A DNA stretch of 64,000 bases, taken from NCBI GenBank assembly GCA_012517905.1, contig JAAYUE010000024.1:7186-71185 (forward strand), given 5' to 3'. This document shows, piece after piece, positions 37,784-48,744 of the stretch. Below the pieces are notes generated by a model that worked only from the letters and a program-made list of their open reading frames with translations, was not told the DNA's origin and made no database searches. Origin of the DNA: Clostridiales bacterium. GTDB taxonomy: Bacteria > Bacillota > Clostridia > Christensenellales > CAG-138. The translations under genes were made by a program, and so were the position numbers. The stretch's first letter is position 1; every line of letters begins with the position of its first letter.

Positions 37784-38299
37784 ATGGAACTACGGGAGAT
37801 CTTCGACCTTGTGCCGCAGGCGGCGGAGCAGCTGCCGCGCGGCGCGTTTTTAACGGCGGGGGGCGACGTATGGAACCCCATGACCATCGGCTGGGCGCAG
37901 TTCGGCGTGATATGGGGCAGGCCCGTCGTCACCGTGATGGTGCGAAAGAGCCGCTTTACGTTCAGCCGGATGGAGCAGACGGACGTGTTCACCGTCAGCG
38001 TTCCGCGCGCGAAGGAGCTGGCGAAGGAACTGGGCTTCTGCGGCTCGCGCTCCGGCAGGGACGTCGATAAAGAGCGGGAGTCGGGGTTGACGCGTTCGCC
38101 GGCGCGCGCCGGCGGCGCGGACGGCGTCAGGGAGTGCGGCGCGGCGTTTGAGTGCCGCATCGTGCAAAAGCAGATGCTCGATCTGGATACGCTCGATCCG
38201 GAAGCTCGCGCAAGGTATTACGGCAGCAACCAGGCGCTGCCAAACGGCGATCCGCACATGATCTACGTCGGCGAGATACTCGCCGCATACAGCCTCTGA
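37784..38299 (+). CDS. Flavin reductase (flavoredoxin-like) family protein
   Basis: RBS GGAGG; NPMTIGW, VRKSRFT, FCGSRSGRDVDK, ECRIV, HMIYVGEI. Confidence 0.92.
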   Translation: MELREIFDLVPQAAEQLPRGAFLTAGGDVWNPMTIGWAQFGVIWGRPVVTVMVRKSRFTFSRMEQTDVFTVSVPRAKELAKELGFCGSRSGRDVDKERESGLTRSPARAGGADGVRECGAAFECRIVQKQMLDLDTLDPEARARYYGSNQALPNGDPHMIYVGEILAAYSL

Positions 38300-38315
38300 T
38301 CGGGGATGAAACGAC

Positions 38316-38351
38316 AAACCGGCCATCCGCAGCTGCGGACGGCCGGTTTTT
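38316..38351 (+). terminator. Intrinsic terminator
   Basis: AAACCGGCC.TCCGCA/TGCGGA.GGCCGGTTTTT. Confidence 0.8.
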
Positions 38352-38536
38352 ATATGGAATGCGCTCCTCCCGAAGGATGAAGAGAGGCGGAGCGGTGTTG
38401 TCACGGTTCCCCCGCGCACGAACCGTCCGGGGGGGATGGACGGTCCGCGCGCATTCTGGATGGGGGGGAGGCCGGAAGGAGGGGACCCTCCGGCGCGTTA
38501 TGTCATCGTCCGGCTTTGCCGGACGCGATGACCGTG

Positions 38537-39841
38537 TCACTGGTCGGCGGGTTTATATTCGCCGAATGTCACCGTGACGGTCTGCTCCGTGCCGTCGCGC
38601 TGAATGGTCAGCATCGCGGTGTCGCCGGCGTTGTATCCGCTGATGACGGAGGACAGCGTGGCGTTGGAGGAGATGTCGACATCCCCAACCTTGAGGATCA
38701 GGTCTCCGACCTTCAGCCCCGCGGCCTCCGCCGCGCTGCCGGAAACGATCTGCGCGATCTGCACGCAGCTCGAACCGCTGCCGAAGTAGCTGCCGAAGAG
38801 GCTGTTGCCCCAGTCGTTCATGCCCGAGGAGAGGGTGACGTCCTGCGTGTATACGCCGAGGTACGCCCTGCCGAGCACGTAGCCGTGGTCGATGAGGTTG
38901 GAGATGATGGTCTTGACGCTGCTCACCGGGATGGCGAAGCCGAGGCCTTCGGCGTCCGCGCTGCTGGCTTTCGCGTTTACGATGCCGACCAGCGAGCCGC
39001 TGGCGTTGAACAGGCCGCCGCCGGAGTTGCCCGGGCTGATGGCCGCGTCGGTCTGAATCAGGGACATGGTGGTGTCTTCCACCGTCACTTCACGGCTCAG
39101 CGCGCTGATGATGCCGCTGGTCGCCGTTCCGCGCAGTTCGCCGAGCGGGTTGCCGATGGCGATGACGTCCTCGCCGACGGTGAGCATGTCGGAGTCGCCG
39201 AGCGTCGCGGGGGTTAGGCCGGTCGCGTCGATCTTGAGCACGGCCAGGTCGCTGCGCGAGTCGGAGCCGACGAGCGTCGCGTCATACTCCGTGTCGTCGT
39301 TGAGGATGATCTTGATCGTCTCCGCGCTGTCGACCACGTGCTTACAGGTGACGATATAGCCGTCGCTCGTGAGGATGATGCCGCTACCGCTGCCGACCTG
39401 CACCTGCTGGCTGTTGCCGTCCGCGCCGTTGGCGTTATTCCCGTTTCCGAAGGAAAAGCCGTAGTTGCTGGCGGTGTAGTAGGTGTCGATGCCGACGACG
39501 GAGGGCGCCGTGAGTTCGATGATCTGTGCTTTGCTGAAGGTGCTCGCAAATCCGCTGGTCGATGCGGTCGTCAGCTCGCCGGAGCTGCTGGTGGTGGTGT
39601 CGCTTAACGCGCTTTTCGCCGTCTGCGCTTGCTGCGCTGTGAGCGCGGCAATTTGCTCTCCGACGTATTGGCGCGTGTAGAGGCCGCCCAGAAGGCCGCC
39701 GAGCAGGACCGCGACCATCATAAACACGATCAGCGTTGAGATACGCACGCCCCTGGATTCGCGGCGTTTCTGCGTATGCGCGCCGTTGTCCGAAGGGGGA
39801 TAAGAGGAATACCGTTCGTACCAATCGTTGTTTTGATCCAT
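38537..39841 (-). CDS. htrA: HtrA/DegP serine protease with N-terminal TM and one PDZ domain
   Basis: GSGSGII, VTCKHVV, DLAVLKI, AIGNPLG, IQTDAAISPGNSGG; PDZ GSAAEAAGLKVGDLI. Confidence 0.96.
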   Translation of the reverse strand: MDQNNDWYERYSSYPPSDNGAHTQKRRESRGVRISTLIVFMMVAVLLGGLLGGLYTRQYVGEQIAALTAQQAQTAKSALSDTTTSSSGELTTASTSGFASTFSKAQIIELTAPSVVGIDTYYTASNYGFSFGNGNNANGADGNSQQVQVGSGSGIILTSDGYIVTCKHVVDSAETIKIILNDDTEYDATLVGSDSRSDLAVLKIDATGLTPATLGDSDMLTVGEDVIAIGNPLGELRGTATSGIISALSREVTVEDTTMSLIQTDAAISPGNSGGGLFNASGSLVGIVNAKASSADAEGLGFAIPVSSVKTIISNLIDHGYVLGRAYLGVYTQDVTLSSGMNDWGNSLFGSYFGSGSSCVQIAQIVSGSAAEAAGLKVGDLILKVGDVDISSNATLSSVISGYNAGDTAMLTIQRDGTEQTVTVTFGEYKPADQ

Positions 39842-39871
39842 AATAGGTCGCTCCTTTTCTGGTGTGCTTTC

Positions 39872-39914
39872 AGTATAGAAAATCAATTTGAACTTTCAAT
39901 AGTGCACATTTGAA
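39872..39914 (-). promoter_or_regulatory. htrA promoter with TTCAAAT direct repeats and -10 TATACT
   Basis: TTCAAAT twice, 22 bp apart, then TATACT; matches 7246-7288. Confidence 0.65.
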
Positions 39915-39998
39915 GAATATTTGTTGAATTTGGGCAGCATTGTGGCACGCGAAAAAACAGCGGGGCGTTCGCCCCGCTGCCGTGATGCCTGCCTGCGG

Positions 39999-41330
39999 TC
40001 AGTGTTTCATGTCGATCATCAACTTGCCGGTGTCCACGATCGGGTCGAGATGCCCGCCGTTGATGCGGGAAATTTTGAGGCGGACTTCCGCGCTCGCCGC
40101 CGCGGACAGCGTGCCGTCGGGCGCGCCTTCCGGCCAGAGCAGCAGATACCCGTGCGTGCCGGGAAAGCTGTTGGTGCAGTAGGTGGAGAGCGGGTATGCA
40201 GTGCCGTCGATTACGATATTGGGGCTCGAGGCGTATGCCGTGATGTCGAGCGGCTTGCTGTAGTGCTGCGTGATGTTCTCAAAGTCGAGCAGCAGCGCCT
40301 CGTGGCCGTCGTATTCCGTCACGCCCATGTTGCGAAGGATAAAATAGGAAAGCTCGCTCTGGTATACGATGGGACCCGCCTCCGGCGCGTCGAGCACGGT
40401 GCCTGAAACGTTCGGGTCCGTGATGACGGCGACGACGGGGCGGTTGAGCCTGCCGTCGTACAGGTGCAGCGAGAGGTAGAGATCCAGCTCGGAGAGCTGC
40501 GTGATGTTCTGGCGCGTCATCACCTCCGTGCCGTCCAGCGCGAGCAGACGGTATTTTCCCGCGTCGAGCGCATAGGTGTGATTGACGATGTTGGTGTATC
40601 CCGCATAGACCGGATCGACGGTTACGCTCATCCAGCTGGCGGCCGGCTTCCGATAGAGGATCGCGCGCGTGTTCTGCAGCGAGCCGTCGATGCCCTGCAG
40701 GAAGACGGCGATGCTTTTGTCGTCGTATACGAGCGTCGCGCCGTCGATAGGGGATGCGGCCGGTTCCGCGTTCGCAAGAGCGACCGAAAGGCCCGCGTGT
40801 TTGGCGACCGCCTTGCCGCTTGCGTCGTCGAGCACGCTCAGATCGAGCGTGAAGCCCGCAAGGGAGACGAGGTTCATATACGCGGCGTTCGGGTCGTCCA
40901 GAAAGCTGACGACAACGCTTGCGGCGCGCGTTTCCCCGGCGGCGATGCGACCCGCATCCCAAATCGCGCCGTCGACCTGCCAGTCGTTGAGGCAGAGCCC
41001 GTCGAGCGCGAGGGAAACGGATGCGGTGGACGCGTTCGTGATCGCGAGGTCGATATAGGTCATGTAGTTTGCGCTGAAGCGTACGCTGGTCGCCGTAACG
41101 GTGACCTTGCCGCTCGTAAAGAGCTGCTCGGAAAGCGTCGTCTCCGCAAATACGGGCTCGGGCGAGGGCGAAGGGGTCGGCTCGGGCGTCGGCGCCTGGG
41201 TCGGCGCGGGCGTGCCCGTAACCGCGGCGGTCGGCGCGGCGGTCGGTTCCGCGGCGGGGGCGGCGGCGCATGCGGCCGTCGCGAGCGCGAGCAGGACCGC
41301 GGCAAACAAAAATAGCATCCGCTTCATCAT
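39999..41330 (-). CDS. Lipoprotein of unknown function (P/T linker, repeated beta-rich domains)
   Basis: RBS AAGGAG; basic N-terminus, lipobox TAAC, PTAAP/PTPEP linker. Confidence 0.8.
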   Translation of the reverse strand: MMKRMLFLFAAVLLALATAACAAAPAAEPTAAPTAAVTGTPAPTQAPTPEPTPSPSPEPVFAETTLSEQLFTSGKVTVTATSVRFSANYMTYIDLAITNASTASVSLALDGLCLNDWQVDGAIWDAGRIAAGETRAASVVVSFLDDPNAAYMNLVSLAGFTLDLSVLDDASGKAVAKHAGLSVALANAEPAASPIDGATLVYDDKSIAVFLQGIDGSLQNTRAILYRKPAASWMSVTVDPVYAGYTNIVNHTYALDAGKYRLLALDGTEVMTRQNITQLSELDLYLSLHLYDGRLNRPVVAVITDPNVSGTVLDAPEAGPIVYQSELSYFILRNMGVTEYDGHEALLLDFENITQHYSKPLDITAYASSPNIVIDGTAYPLSTYCTNSFPGTHGYLLLWPEGAPDGTLSAAASAEVRLKISRINGGHLDPIVDTGKLMIDMKH

Positions 41331-41721
41331 GGGGGAAATATCTCCTTTGCGATTGCTCGGACAAATCACAATAACATTACGCACCCGCAGGGAAAAAGTC
41401 AAGCGATACGAGCCAGATGAATGGGATATTCAAGAAAATCGACGGCCCGTTTCGCATGGGAGGCAATCGGTGGGTCGCTGAAAAAACGACGGGGATAGTA
41501 TATTTTTTAAGTGCGGATATCCCCAGAATACGGCGAAAAACGGCGAATTATCAAGAAAAACCGTGCATTGTGCGCATGCACAAAAAAATTTCGGCGTGTT
41601 GACTTTCCATTTGATACCATTTAAACTGACTAGTGTGGATTTGTCGCGATGCGGCATGAAACAGCATATCGCAGCGCACGGCAAGTCTGCCACGAAAATA
41701 AGGAGAAGAGAGGAAAATCAA

Positions 41722-42840
41722 ATGAAAAAACTGGTAGCGATCCTGTTGACCGTGCTGGTGGCGTTCTCGATGTTTGCCTGCAAAAAAGCGGCTACCGACA
41801 CGACCGAAGCGGCGAGCGACAAGATGGTTTACAACGTCGTCAGCCTTGTCAACGGCAACCTGGGCGACAAATCGTTCTTCGACTCCGCCGAGTCCGGCCT
41901 GAAGGCCCTTCAGGATGCCGGACGCATCACCTACAAGACCATCGAGATGGGCGGTACGGACGCCGATCAGCCGAAATGGCTGGAGACGTTGCGTGAAGTC
42001 GCTGAATCGGGCGAATATGACCTGATCATCGTTGGCACGTATCAGATGCCCGACTATCTGAAGGAAGTCGCCACCCAATATCCGGATCAGAAATTCCTCA
42101 TCTATGACGACACCACCTATGTCGGCGAAAACGCCAACGTCGTCAACATCAGCTACAAACAGAACGATATGGGTTATCTCATCGGCGTGTTTGCCGCGGG
42201 CATGACCTCCGAGACCTCCGTGGCCAACATCAACGCGGATAAAGTCGTCGGCTTCGTCGGCGGCGTGGACAGCCCCGTCATCAACGACTTCCTCTACGGT
42301 TTCCTCGAGGGCGTGAAAGCGACCGATCCGGAAGTCAAGGTCGATACCCGCTATGTCAACAGCTATGTCGACACCGCGACGGCCAAGGAAATGGGCCTCT
42401 CGATGATCAACGACAACAAGTGCGACATCCTCTGGGGCGTCGCGGGCCTCTCCGGCAACGGCGCTGCGGAAGCGGCTCTCGAGTCCGGCAAAGCCTGGTT
42501 CATCGGCGTGGACTCCGACCAGGAACTGACCCTTTCGCCCGAGCTCGCGGCCATCACGCTGACCTCCGGCCTCAAGAACGTCGGCAATTCCATCGTCTGG
42601 ATCTTTGACGAATGGGATGCGGGCCGCACCTACTGGGGCAAGCAGGTGAACCTCGGCCTCACCGAAGGCGGCGTAGGCGTCGTGACCGACAAGAACTTCG
42701 CAACCGTCGCGCCGCAGGCCGTGCAGGACAAAGTCCTGGCAGCCGAAGCCGCGATCAAGGACGGCACCATCGTCGTGCCTACCGCCATCGGCGACGACAC
42801 CAACGGCGTCATCGCGCTGCGCGATTCCATGCAGCCGTAA
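41722..42840 (+). CDS. BMP-family nucleoside ABC transporter substrate-binding lipoprotein
   Basis: Lipobox MFAC; LGDKSFFD, GFVGG, AGLSGNG, IGVDSDQ, TSGLKNV. Confidence 0.95.
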   Translation: MKKLVAILLTVLVAFSMFACKKAATDTTEAASDKMVYNVVSLVNGNLGDKSFFDSAESGLKALQDAGRITYKTIEMGGTDADQPKWLETLREVAESGEYDLIIVGTYQMPDYLKEVATQYPDQKFLIYDDTTYVGENANVVNISYKQNDMGYLIGVFAAGMTSETSVANINADKVVGFVGGVDSPVINDFLYGFLEGVKATDPEVKVDTRYVNSYVDTATAKEMGLSMINDNKCDILWGVAGLSGNGAAEAALESGKAWFIGVDSDQELTLSPELAAITLTSGLKNVGNSIVWIFDEWDAGRTYWGKQVNLGLTEGGVGVVTDKNFATVAPQAVQDKVLAAEAAIKDGTIVVPTAIGDDTNGVIALRDSMQP

Positions 42841-43130
42841 GGCATACGCATCCGAAACGCGGCACAAAAACAAGTAAGCTGGGCTTATACAATCACCGGG
42901 GGAGGGCTGTCAGCGCTCCCCCGGTTTGTTCCACCGCAGCCCCGGCGGCAGGCCGGGCGAAATGCAAAAAAACGCGGCGCTAAGAAAGCGCGGCGTTGCA
43001 ATCATTCGATCGTTTATATTATATTTAAGTAGAATTCAAGGCATTTCTTCGATTCCCACTGTTTTGACTGCCGGCATGCCGCCGGTGCGGCGGCTTTCCA
43101 AACCATATACCGAAAAGAGGACCCATTGTT

Positions 43131-44696
43131 ATGGAGCAAAACGATCTGGTCGTCCAAATGAAGGGCATCACCAAGGTATATCCCAACGGGATTGCCGCGA
43201 ACCAAAGCGTCGATTTCTCGGTCAGGCAGGGCGAGATCCACGCGCTGATGGGCGAAAACGGCGCGGGCAAGAGCACGCTCATGAAGATGCTCTTTGGCCT
43301 GGAACAGCCGACCGAGGGCGAGATCGTCGTAAACGGCGAAAAGGTGTCACTCTCCTCGCCGACGGTGGCCATCGCGCACGGCATCGGCATGGTGCATCAG
43401 CACTTCATGCTCGTGCCGAGTCTCACGGTCGCCGAAAACATCGTGCTCGGCATGGTGCCGAAAAAGAGCGGCATGTTCATCGACTTCAAGAAAGCGATCG
43501 AGCTCACGAAGGAATACTCCGAACGCTTCAACCTTGCGGTCAATCCGGACGCGAAAGTCGTGGACATCCCCGTGGGCATGAAGCAGAAGGTGGAGATTCT
43601 CAAGGCGCTCATCCGCGGCGCGAAGATCCTCATTCTCGACGAACCGACGGCGGTGCTGACCACGCAGGAGACGACGGAGCTCTTTCGCGAACTCATCCAC
43701 CTCAAAGAGCAGGGCTACACCATCATCTTCATCTCCCATAAACTCAACGAAATCAAGCAGATCACCGACCGGCTGACCATCATGCGCGGCGGCAAGTGCA
43801 TGGGCGTCTACGAAACGGCCTCCATCACCGAGCAGGAGATTTCCCGCCTCATGGTGGGCCGGGACGTCATACTGGACGTGCAGAAGGACGAGGCGCAGCC
43901 GACGGACGTGGTGCTCAAGGTGCGCGATCTGCACTATACGAACGAATGGAATAAAAAGATGCTCGACGGCGTCTCCTTCGACGTGCGCAAGGGGGAAATC
44001 CTCGGCATCGCGGGCGTGGAGGGAAACGGCCAGCGCGAGCTCGTCGACATGCTCTTCGACCTCAGCGAACCGGACGCCGGCACGGCGACGGTGAACGGCA
44101 AAGACGTGATCAACGCCTCGCAGGCGCGCATCCGCGCCATGGGCGTTTCGCTCGTTCCGGAGGACCGCATGACCTACGGCATCGCGGAGGCGGCGACGAT
44201 CGAGGAAAACCTCATCTCCGACCGGTTTGAAGAGAAGCGCTTCAACAATGGCCCGCTGTTCAACATGAAGGCCATCCATGCCGAGAGCGACCGGCTGATT
44301 GCGGACTACACCGTGCTCTGCAAGTCGAGAAAGCAGAAGGTGAAGATGCTCTCCGGCGGCAACATCCAGAAGGTCGTCGTCGCGCGCGAGTTTTCGAGCG
44401 ACCCGACGCTGATCATCGCCGACCAGCCGACGCGCGGCATCGACGTCGGCGCGACGGAGTTCATCCGCAAAAAGCTCGTCGACCTCTCCCGCGCGGGCAC
44501 GGCGGTGCTGCTCGTCTCCGCCGACCTCAACGAGGTCATGGAGCTGAGCGACAGCCTCATCGTGCTCTACGGCGGAAAGATCGCCGCGTATTTCGAGGAC
44601 ACGAGCGAGCTGGATGACGTGGTGATGGGCGAATACATGCTCGGCCTCAAGCGGCAGAGCGACGAGGAGATCGGGAGGGTGTGTCATGAAAGATAG
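43131..44696 (+). CDS. Nucleoside ABC transporter ATPase (double NBD)
   Basis: GENGAGKST, GMVHQHFML, ILDEPTAVL, AGVEGNGQ, LSGGNIQK, QPTRGIDVGA. Confidence 0.96.
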   Translation: MEQNDLVVQMKGITKVYPNGIAANQSVDFSVRQGEIHALMGENGAGKSTLMKMLFGLEQPTEGEIVVNGEKVSLSSPTVAIAHGIGMVHQHFMLVPSLTVAENIVLGMVPKKSGMFIDFKKAIELTKEYSERFNLAVNPDAKVVDIPVGMKQKVEILKALIRGAKILILDEPTAVLTTQETTELFRELIHLKEQGYTIIFISHKLNEIKQITDRLTIMRGGKCMGVYETASITEQEISRLMVGRDVILDVQKDEAQPTDVVLKVRDLHYTNEWNKKMLDGVSFDVRKGEILGIAGVEGNGQRELVDMLFDLSEPDAGTATVNGKDVINASQARIRAMGVSLVPEDRMTYGIAEAATIEENLISDRFEEKRFNNGPLFNMKAIHAESDRLIADYTVLCKSRKQKVKMLSGGNIQKVVVAREFSSDPTLIIADQPTRGIDVGATEFIRKKLVDLSRAGTAVLLVSADLNEVMELSDSLIVLYGGKIAAYFEDTSELDDVVMGEYMLGLKRQSDEEIGRVCHER

Positions 44697-45807
44697 ACGG
44701 ATGTTTGTGTTTGAGCTCGTTCGCGGTGCCGCGGCCATCGCGGTCGCGCTCGCGGTGGGGACGATCTTCATCTTCCTCAGCTCGGACGAGCCGCTGAACG
44801 CGCTGAGATACCTGCTCATCGGCCCGCTCGTCTCCATGAAGGGCGGACTGGCGAGCTTCAATACGCAGGGATTTTACACCATCCTCGCGGCGATGATTCC
44901 GACCATCTTCACCGGCCTTGCGGTCTGCGTGATGTTTTCGAGCAACCAGTTCAACCTCGCCGGCGAGGGCATCGTCATGGCGGGCGGCTTTGTCGCCGCG
45001 CTGGCCGGCATCTATATCCACATGAACACCGGCTGGCACGCGGTGATCTGCGTGCTCATCGCGGCGGCGCTCGGCGGCGCGATCATGCTCATTCCCGCGC
45101 TGCTCAAGGTGAAGCTCGGCGCCAGCGAAATGGTCACGAGCCTCATGCTCAACTATGTCTGCATGTATGTCGTGCTGCATTTTCTCAACTATAACTTCGC
45201 CGACCGCAGCAAGGGCTCGACCCAGACCTACGCCTTTGCGGATACGGCGAAGATCGGCGCGCTGGTGCCGGGTGGCAGCAAACTGACCTGGGGTTTTGTC
45301 GCCGCGCTCGTGTTCGTGGTGATCATCGGGCTGCTGATGTACCGCACGCGCTGGGGCTACGCCATCCGCATGATCGGCATCAACCAGGCGTTTTCCAAGT
45401 ATTCCGGCATGAAGGTCGGCGGCACCATCGTGCTTGCGCAGGTGATCGGCGGCGTGCTCAGCGGCATCGGCGGCGGCGTCGAGGTGCTGGGGCGCTACTC
45501 CACTTTTCTGTGGAAGGAGCTGCCGGGCTACGGCTGGACGGGCATCACCATCGCCATACTGGCAAAGAACAACCCGCTGCTCGTTCCGCTGGCGGCGTTC
45601 TTCATCGCCTACCTCAACAAAGGCTGCCAGCTCATGGCGACATATTGCGACGTGCCGAGCGAGATGATCGACATCATTCAGGCGGCGATCTTCCTCTTCT
45701 TTGCCGCAGAGCAGTTCCTCTCCGGTTACCGGCAGAAGATCGTGGTCAAAAACACCCGCGCGGACCTTGCCAAAGCCGCCGCGAGCGTTGAAGGGGGTGC
45801 CGAATAA
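44686..45807 (+). CDS. Nucleoside ABC transporter permease 1
   Basis: FNLAGEG, SEMVTSLMLNY, GYGWTGITIAILAKNNP. Confidence 0.94.
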   Translation: MKDRRMFVFELVRGAAAIAVALAVGTIFIFLSSDEPLNALRYLLIGPLVSMKGGLASFNTQGFYTILAAMIPTIFTGLAVCVMFSSNQFNLAGEGIVMAGGFVAALAGIYIHMNTGWHAVICVLIAAALGGAIMLIPALLKVKLGASEMVTSLMLNYVCMYVVLHFLNYNFADRSKGSTQTYAFADTAKIGALVPGGSKLTWGFVAALVFVVIIGLLMYRTRWGYAIRMIGINQAFSKYSGMKVGGTIVLAQVIGGVLSGIGGGVEVLGRYSTFLWKELPGYGWTGITIAILAKNNPLLVPLAAFFIAYLNKGCQLMATYCDVPSEMIDIIQAAIFLFFAAEQFLSGYRQKIVVKNTRADLAKAAASVEGGAE

Positions 45808-46763
45808 TGTGGGGGCAGTTATTTGACACCATATTCAAAGCGGAGTTCTTGTTTTCCGTCATCCGCATCACGGCGCCGATCCTGTTTGCGGCCATGGGCG
45901 CGGTCATCGCCGATAAGGCGGGCGTGGTCAACATCGGCCTTGAGGGCATCATGATGATCTCCGCGCTCTTCGGGGTGCTCTTCAGCTACTGGGCGCAGAG
46001 CTGGCTCGTCGGCGTAATCGGCGCGCTGTTCGTCGGCGCGCTGCTGGGGCTCATGATGGGATTCTTTGCGCTCAAACTCAAGACGGACATCATCCTCGCG
46101 GGCATCGCGGTCAACATGATGGGCGCGGGGGGCACCATCTTCCTGCTGTATATGTTCACCGGCATGCGCGGCAACACCGGCGCGCTGGTGAGCTCCAACA
46201 TCCTGATTCCGACCGTGAGCATCCCGCTGCTTCAGAACATTCCGATTCTGGGCGAAATCCTTTCCGGCCATTCGGTGCTGACGTATGTGGCGTTTCTGCT
46301 CGTGTGGCTCATCTGGCTGCTGCTCTACCGCACGCCGCTGGGGCTGAACATCCGCGCGGTGGGCGAAAACCCGAACGCGGCCTCGAGCGTCGGCGTGAGC
46401 GTGCTCAGGATCAAATACATCGCCATCTCGCTCTCCGGCGCCCTGGCGGGCCTCGGCGGCGCGTTTATGTCCATGTATTATTCGCAGGGCTGGAACAGCG
46501 GCATGGTCGCCGGCCGCGGGTTCATCGCGCTCGCGGCGCAGGCAATGGGCCGCGGCGAGCCGGTCGGGGCCATGTTCAGCTCCCTGCTCTTCGGCCTCGC
46601 GCAGGCGCTGCGCACGAAGGTGAGCGGACTGCAGGGCGTTTCGAGCTATCTCGTGTCGCTGATTCCGTATGTGGTCACGATACTCGGCCTCGTCGTCTAC
46701 GCGGCGAGCACGCTCAAGCGCGTGAAGAAAATCAAAGCGGCGCATCCTGAGGTGAAACGATGA
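45807..46763 (+). CDS. Nucleoside ABC transporter permease 2
   Basis: AGVVNIGLEGIMM, GLNIRAVGENP, GRGFIALAA, IPYVVT. Confidence 0.95.
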   Translation: MWGQLFDTIFKAEFLFSVIRITAPILFAAMGAVIADKAGVVNIGLEGIMMISALFGVLFSYWAQSWLVGVIGALFVGALLGLMMGFFALKLKTDIILAGIAVNMMGAGGTIFLLYMFTGMRGNTGALVSSNILIPTVSIPLLQNIPILGEILSGHSVLTYVAFLLVWLIWLLLYRTPLGLNIRAVGENPNAASSVGVSVLRIKYIAISLSGALAGLGGAFMSMYYSQGWNSGMVAGRGFIALAAQAMGRGEPVGAMFSSLLFGLAQALRTKVSGLQGVSSYLVSLIPYVVTILGLVVYAASTLKRVKKIKAAHPEVKR

Positions 46764-47710
46764 CAAAACGCATTCCCGTGATTCTGGACGGAGATCCGGG
46801 TCACGACGACGCAATCGCCTGGGTGCTGGCAAACGCCAGCCCCCTGCTGGACATCAAGGCCGTGACCTCGGTCTGCGGCAATCAGACGATTCAAAAGACG
46901 ACCTACAACGCGGGCCGGATCATGACGCTGATCGATCTGAACGTTCCGCTCGCCATGGGCCGCGTCAAGCCGCTCGTGGCTGACCCGATCATTGCGCCGA
47001 CGGTGCATGGCAATTCCGGTCTGGACGGCCCCGCCCTGCCGGAGCCGAAGCACAAGCCGGTGGAGCAGGACGCCTGCACGCTCATGGCGGAGGTGATCGA
47101 GGCCAGCGAAGAGCCCGTCGCGCTCATTCCCACCGGCCCGCTGACAAACGTCGCGGCGCTGCTGCTGCTGTATCCGCACCTCAAGCCGAAGATACGGCAT
47201 ATCTATCTCATGGGTGGCGGCATTCAGTACGGCAACTGGACGCCCGCGGCGGAGTTTAACATCCTCGTCGATCCCGAGGCGGCGGACATCGTGTTTACCA
47301 GCGGGGTGCCGATCACCATGGCCGGCCTGGACGTGACCGAACAGGCGCTGGTCTTTCCCGAGGATTTCGAGCGCATCCGCGCGGTGGGCAACCCCGTTGC
47401 AAAGGTCGTCGCCGAGTGGCTGGACTTCTTTTACGGATTTCACCGCAGCATCGGTTATCCCGGCGCGCCCGTGCACGACGCGGTCGCCGTCGCGGCGCTG
47501 ATCCGGCCGGACATCATGACCATGGAGGACATGTACGTCGCCGTCGAAACCACCGGGGACTACTGCCGCGGCGCGACGGTGGGGGACCGGCTCGGCGTGC
47601 TGCATCGGCCCGCCAACGCGCGGGTGATCATGGGGATCGACCGCGAGGCGTTTGTCGATCTGCTCGTCGAGGCGGCGACCTGTTACAACAAAGGGGGCGA
47701 ACGCGCATGA
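46760..47710 (+). CDS. Nucleoside hydrolase (RihA-like)
   Basis: DGDPGHDDA, VCGN, HGNSGL, TGPLTN, AEFNILVDPEAA, HDA. Confidence 0.95.
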   Translation: MTKRIPVILDGDPGHDDAIAWVLANASPLLDIKAVTSVCGNQTIQKTTYNAGRIMTLIDLNVPLAMGRVKPLVADPIIAPTVHGNSGLDGPALPEPKHKPVEQDACTLMAEVIEASEEPVALIPTGPLTNVAALLLLYPHLKPKIRHIYLMGGGIQYGNWTPAAEFNILVDPEAADIVFTSGVPITMAGLDVTEQALVFPEDFERIRAVGNPVAKVVAEWLDFFYGFHRSIGYPGAPVHDAVAVAALIRPDIMTMEDMYVAVETTGDYCRGATVGDRLGVLHRPANARVIMGIDREAFVDLLVEAATCYNKGGERA

Positions 47711-48642
47711 AGAAATTCCCGATGCTGCTGGACTGCGACACCGGCGTGGACGATGCGGTCGCCATCCTGCTGACAAAATATCTGAATACGCTCGAGCTCG
47801 TCGCCGTGACGAGCGTCGCGGGCAACGTGGAGGTGGACAAGACCACCCTCAACTCCCTGCGCGTGCTGGAAATCGCGGGCATGGAGCACATCCCCGTCTA
47901 TCCCGGCGCGGCGAAACCGCTGATGTGCGAGCCGATCACCGCGCACCATGTGCACGGAGAAAACGGTCTTGGCGACCTCGACCTGCCGCTGCCGCGGCGG
48001 CAGCCGGAGAAGACGCCCGCCTGGGACGCCATCTACAAATACGCAAAGAAGTACAAGGGCGAGCTGGTCGTCATCGCGATCGGTCCGCTGACCAACCTTG
48101 CGCTCGCGATTGCGAAATACAAAGAGCTGCCGGGGCTGCTCAGGCGCATCGTGATCATGGGCGGCGCGGCGGTCGGCGGAAACGCCACGCCCAGCGCGGA
48201 GTTCAACATCTACGCCGACCCCGAGGCGGCGGACATGGTGCTCACCTGCGGCGCGCCGGTCTATCTGTGCGGGTTGGATGTGACGATGCCCGCGTATCTG
48301 ACGGCGGAGGAGCTCGACGAACTCGCCGCGCTCGGCACGAAGCAGGCCGTATTCGCGCGGGACGTGATGCAGGGAATCCTGAAGGTCTACCGCGGGTTCA
48401 AGCTGCCCGGCGTGTGCTTCCACGACCCCGTGACGGTGCTGTATGCCGACGACGACTCGTATTTTCAGACCGACCATGTCGGCATTCGCGTGGAGACGAA
48501 GGGCAGGCTCACCCGTGGCAAGACGGTGACCGACCTCTACAGCGACAAGCAGATGGAGCACAACGCCTACATTGTGACAAAGGTGGACCGCGAGACGTTC
48601 AAAAAGCGCGTGTTTGAGATTCTGGCAAACTACGGGGCGTGA
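47707..48642 (+). CDS. Second nucleoside hydrolase
   Basis: DCDTGVDDA, HGENGLG, IGPLTN, AEFNIYADPEAA, HDP; ATGA overlap with the upstream gene. Confidence 0.95.
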   Translation: MKKFPMLLDCDTGVDDAVAILLTKYLNTLELVAVTSVAGNVEVDKTTLNSLRVLEIAGMEHIPVYPGAAKPLMCEPITAHHVHGENGLGDLDLPLPRRQPEKTPAWDAIYKYAKKYKGELVVIAIGPLTNLALAIAKYKELPGLLRRIVIMGGAAVGGNATPSAEFNIYADPEAADMVLTCGAPVYLCGLDVTMPAYLTAEELDELAALGTKQAVFARDVMQGILKVYRGFKLPGVCFHDPVTVLYADDDSYFQTDHVGIRVETKGRLTRGKTVTDLYSDKQMEHNAYIVTKVDRETFKKRVFEILANYGA

Positions 48643-48681
48643 CGCGGCCCGGTCCTGCCGGGAATCGGCAATAAACTCAAC

Positions 48682-48720
48682 AAAAAACCGGCGCCGTTTT
48701 TCAAACGGCGCCGGTTTTTT
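48682..48720. terminator. Bidirectional terminator
   Basis: AAAAAACCGGCGCCGTTT-ttc-AAACGGCGCCGGTTTTTT. Confidence 0.92.
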
Positions 48721-48744
48721 ATGTTGTTTCGCAGTCGGCGAACG

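Noticed and set aside
41600-41720. Purine riboswitch before the nucleoside ABC operon
   Set aside because: Stem-loop potential only; conserved TATAA/TTTCTAC/CCGTAAA elements absent
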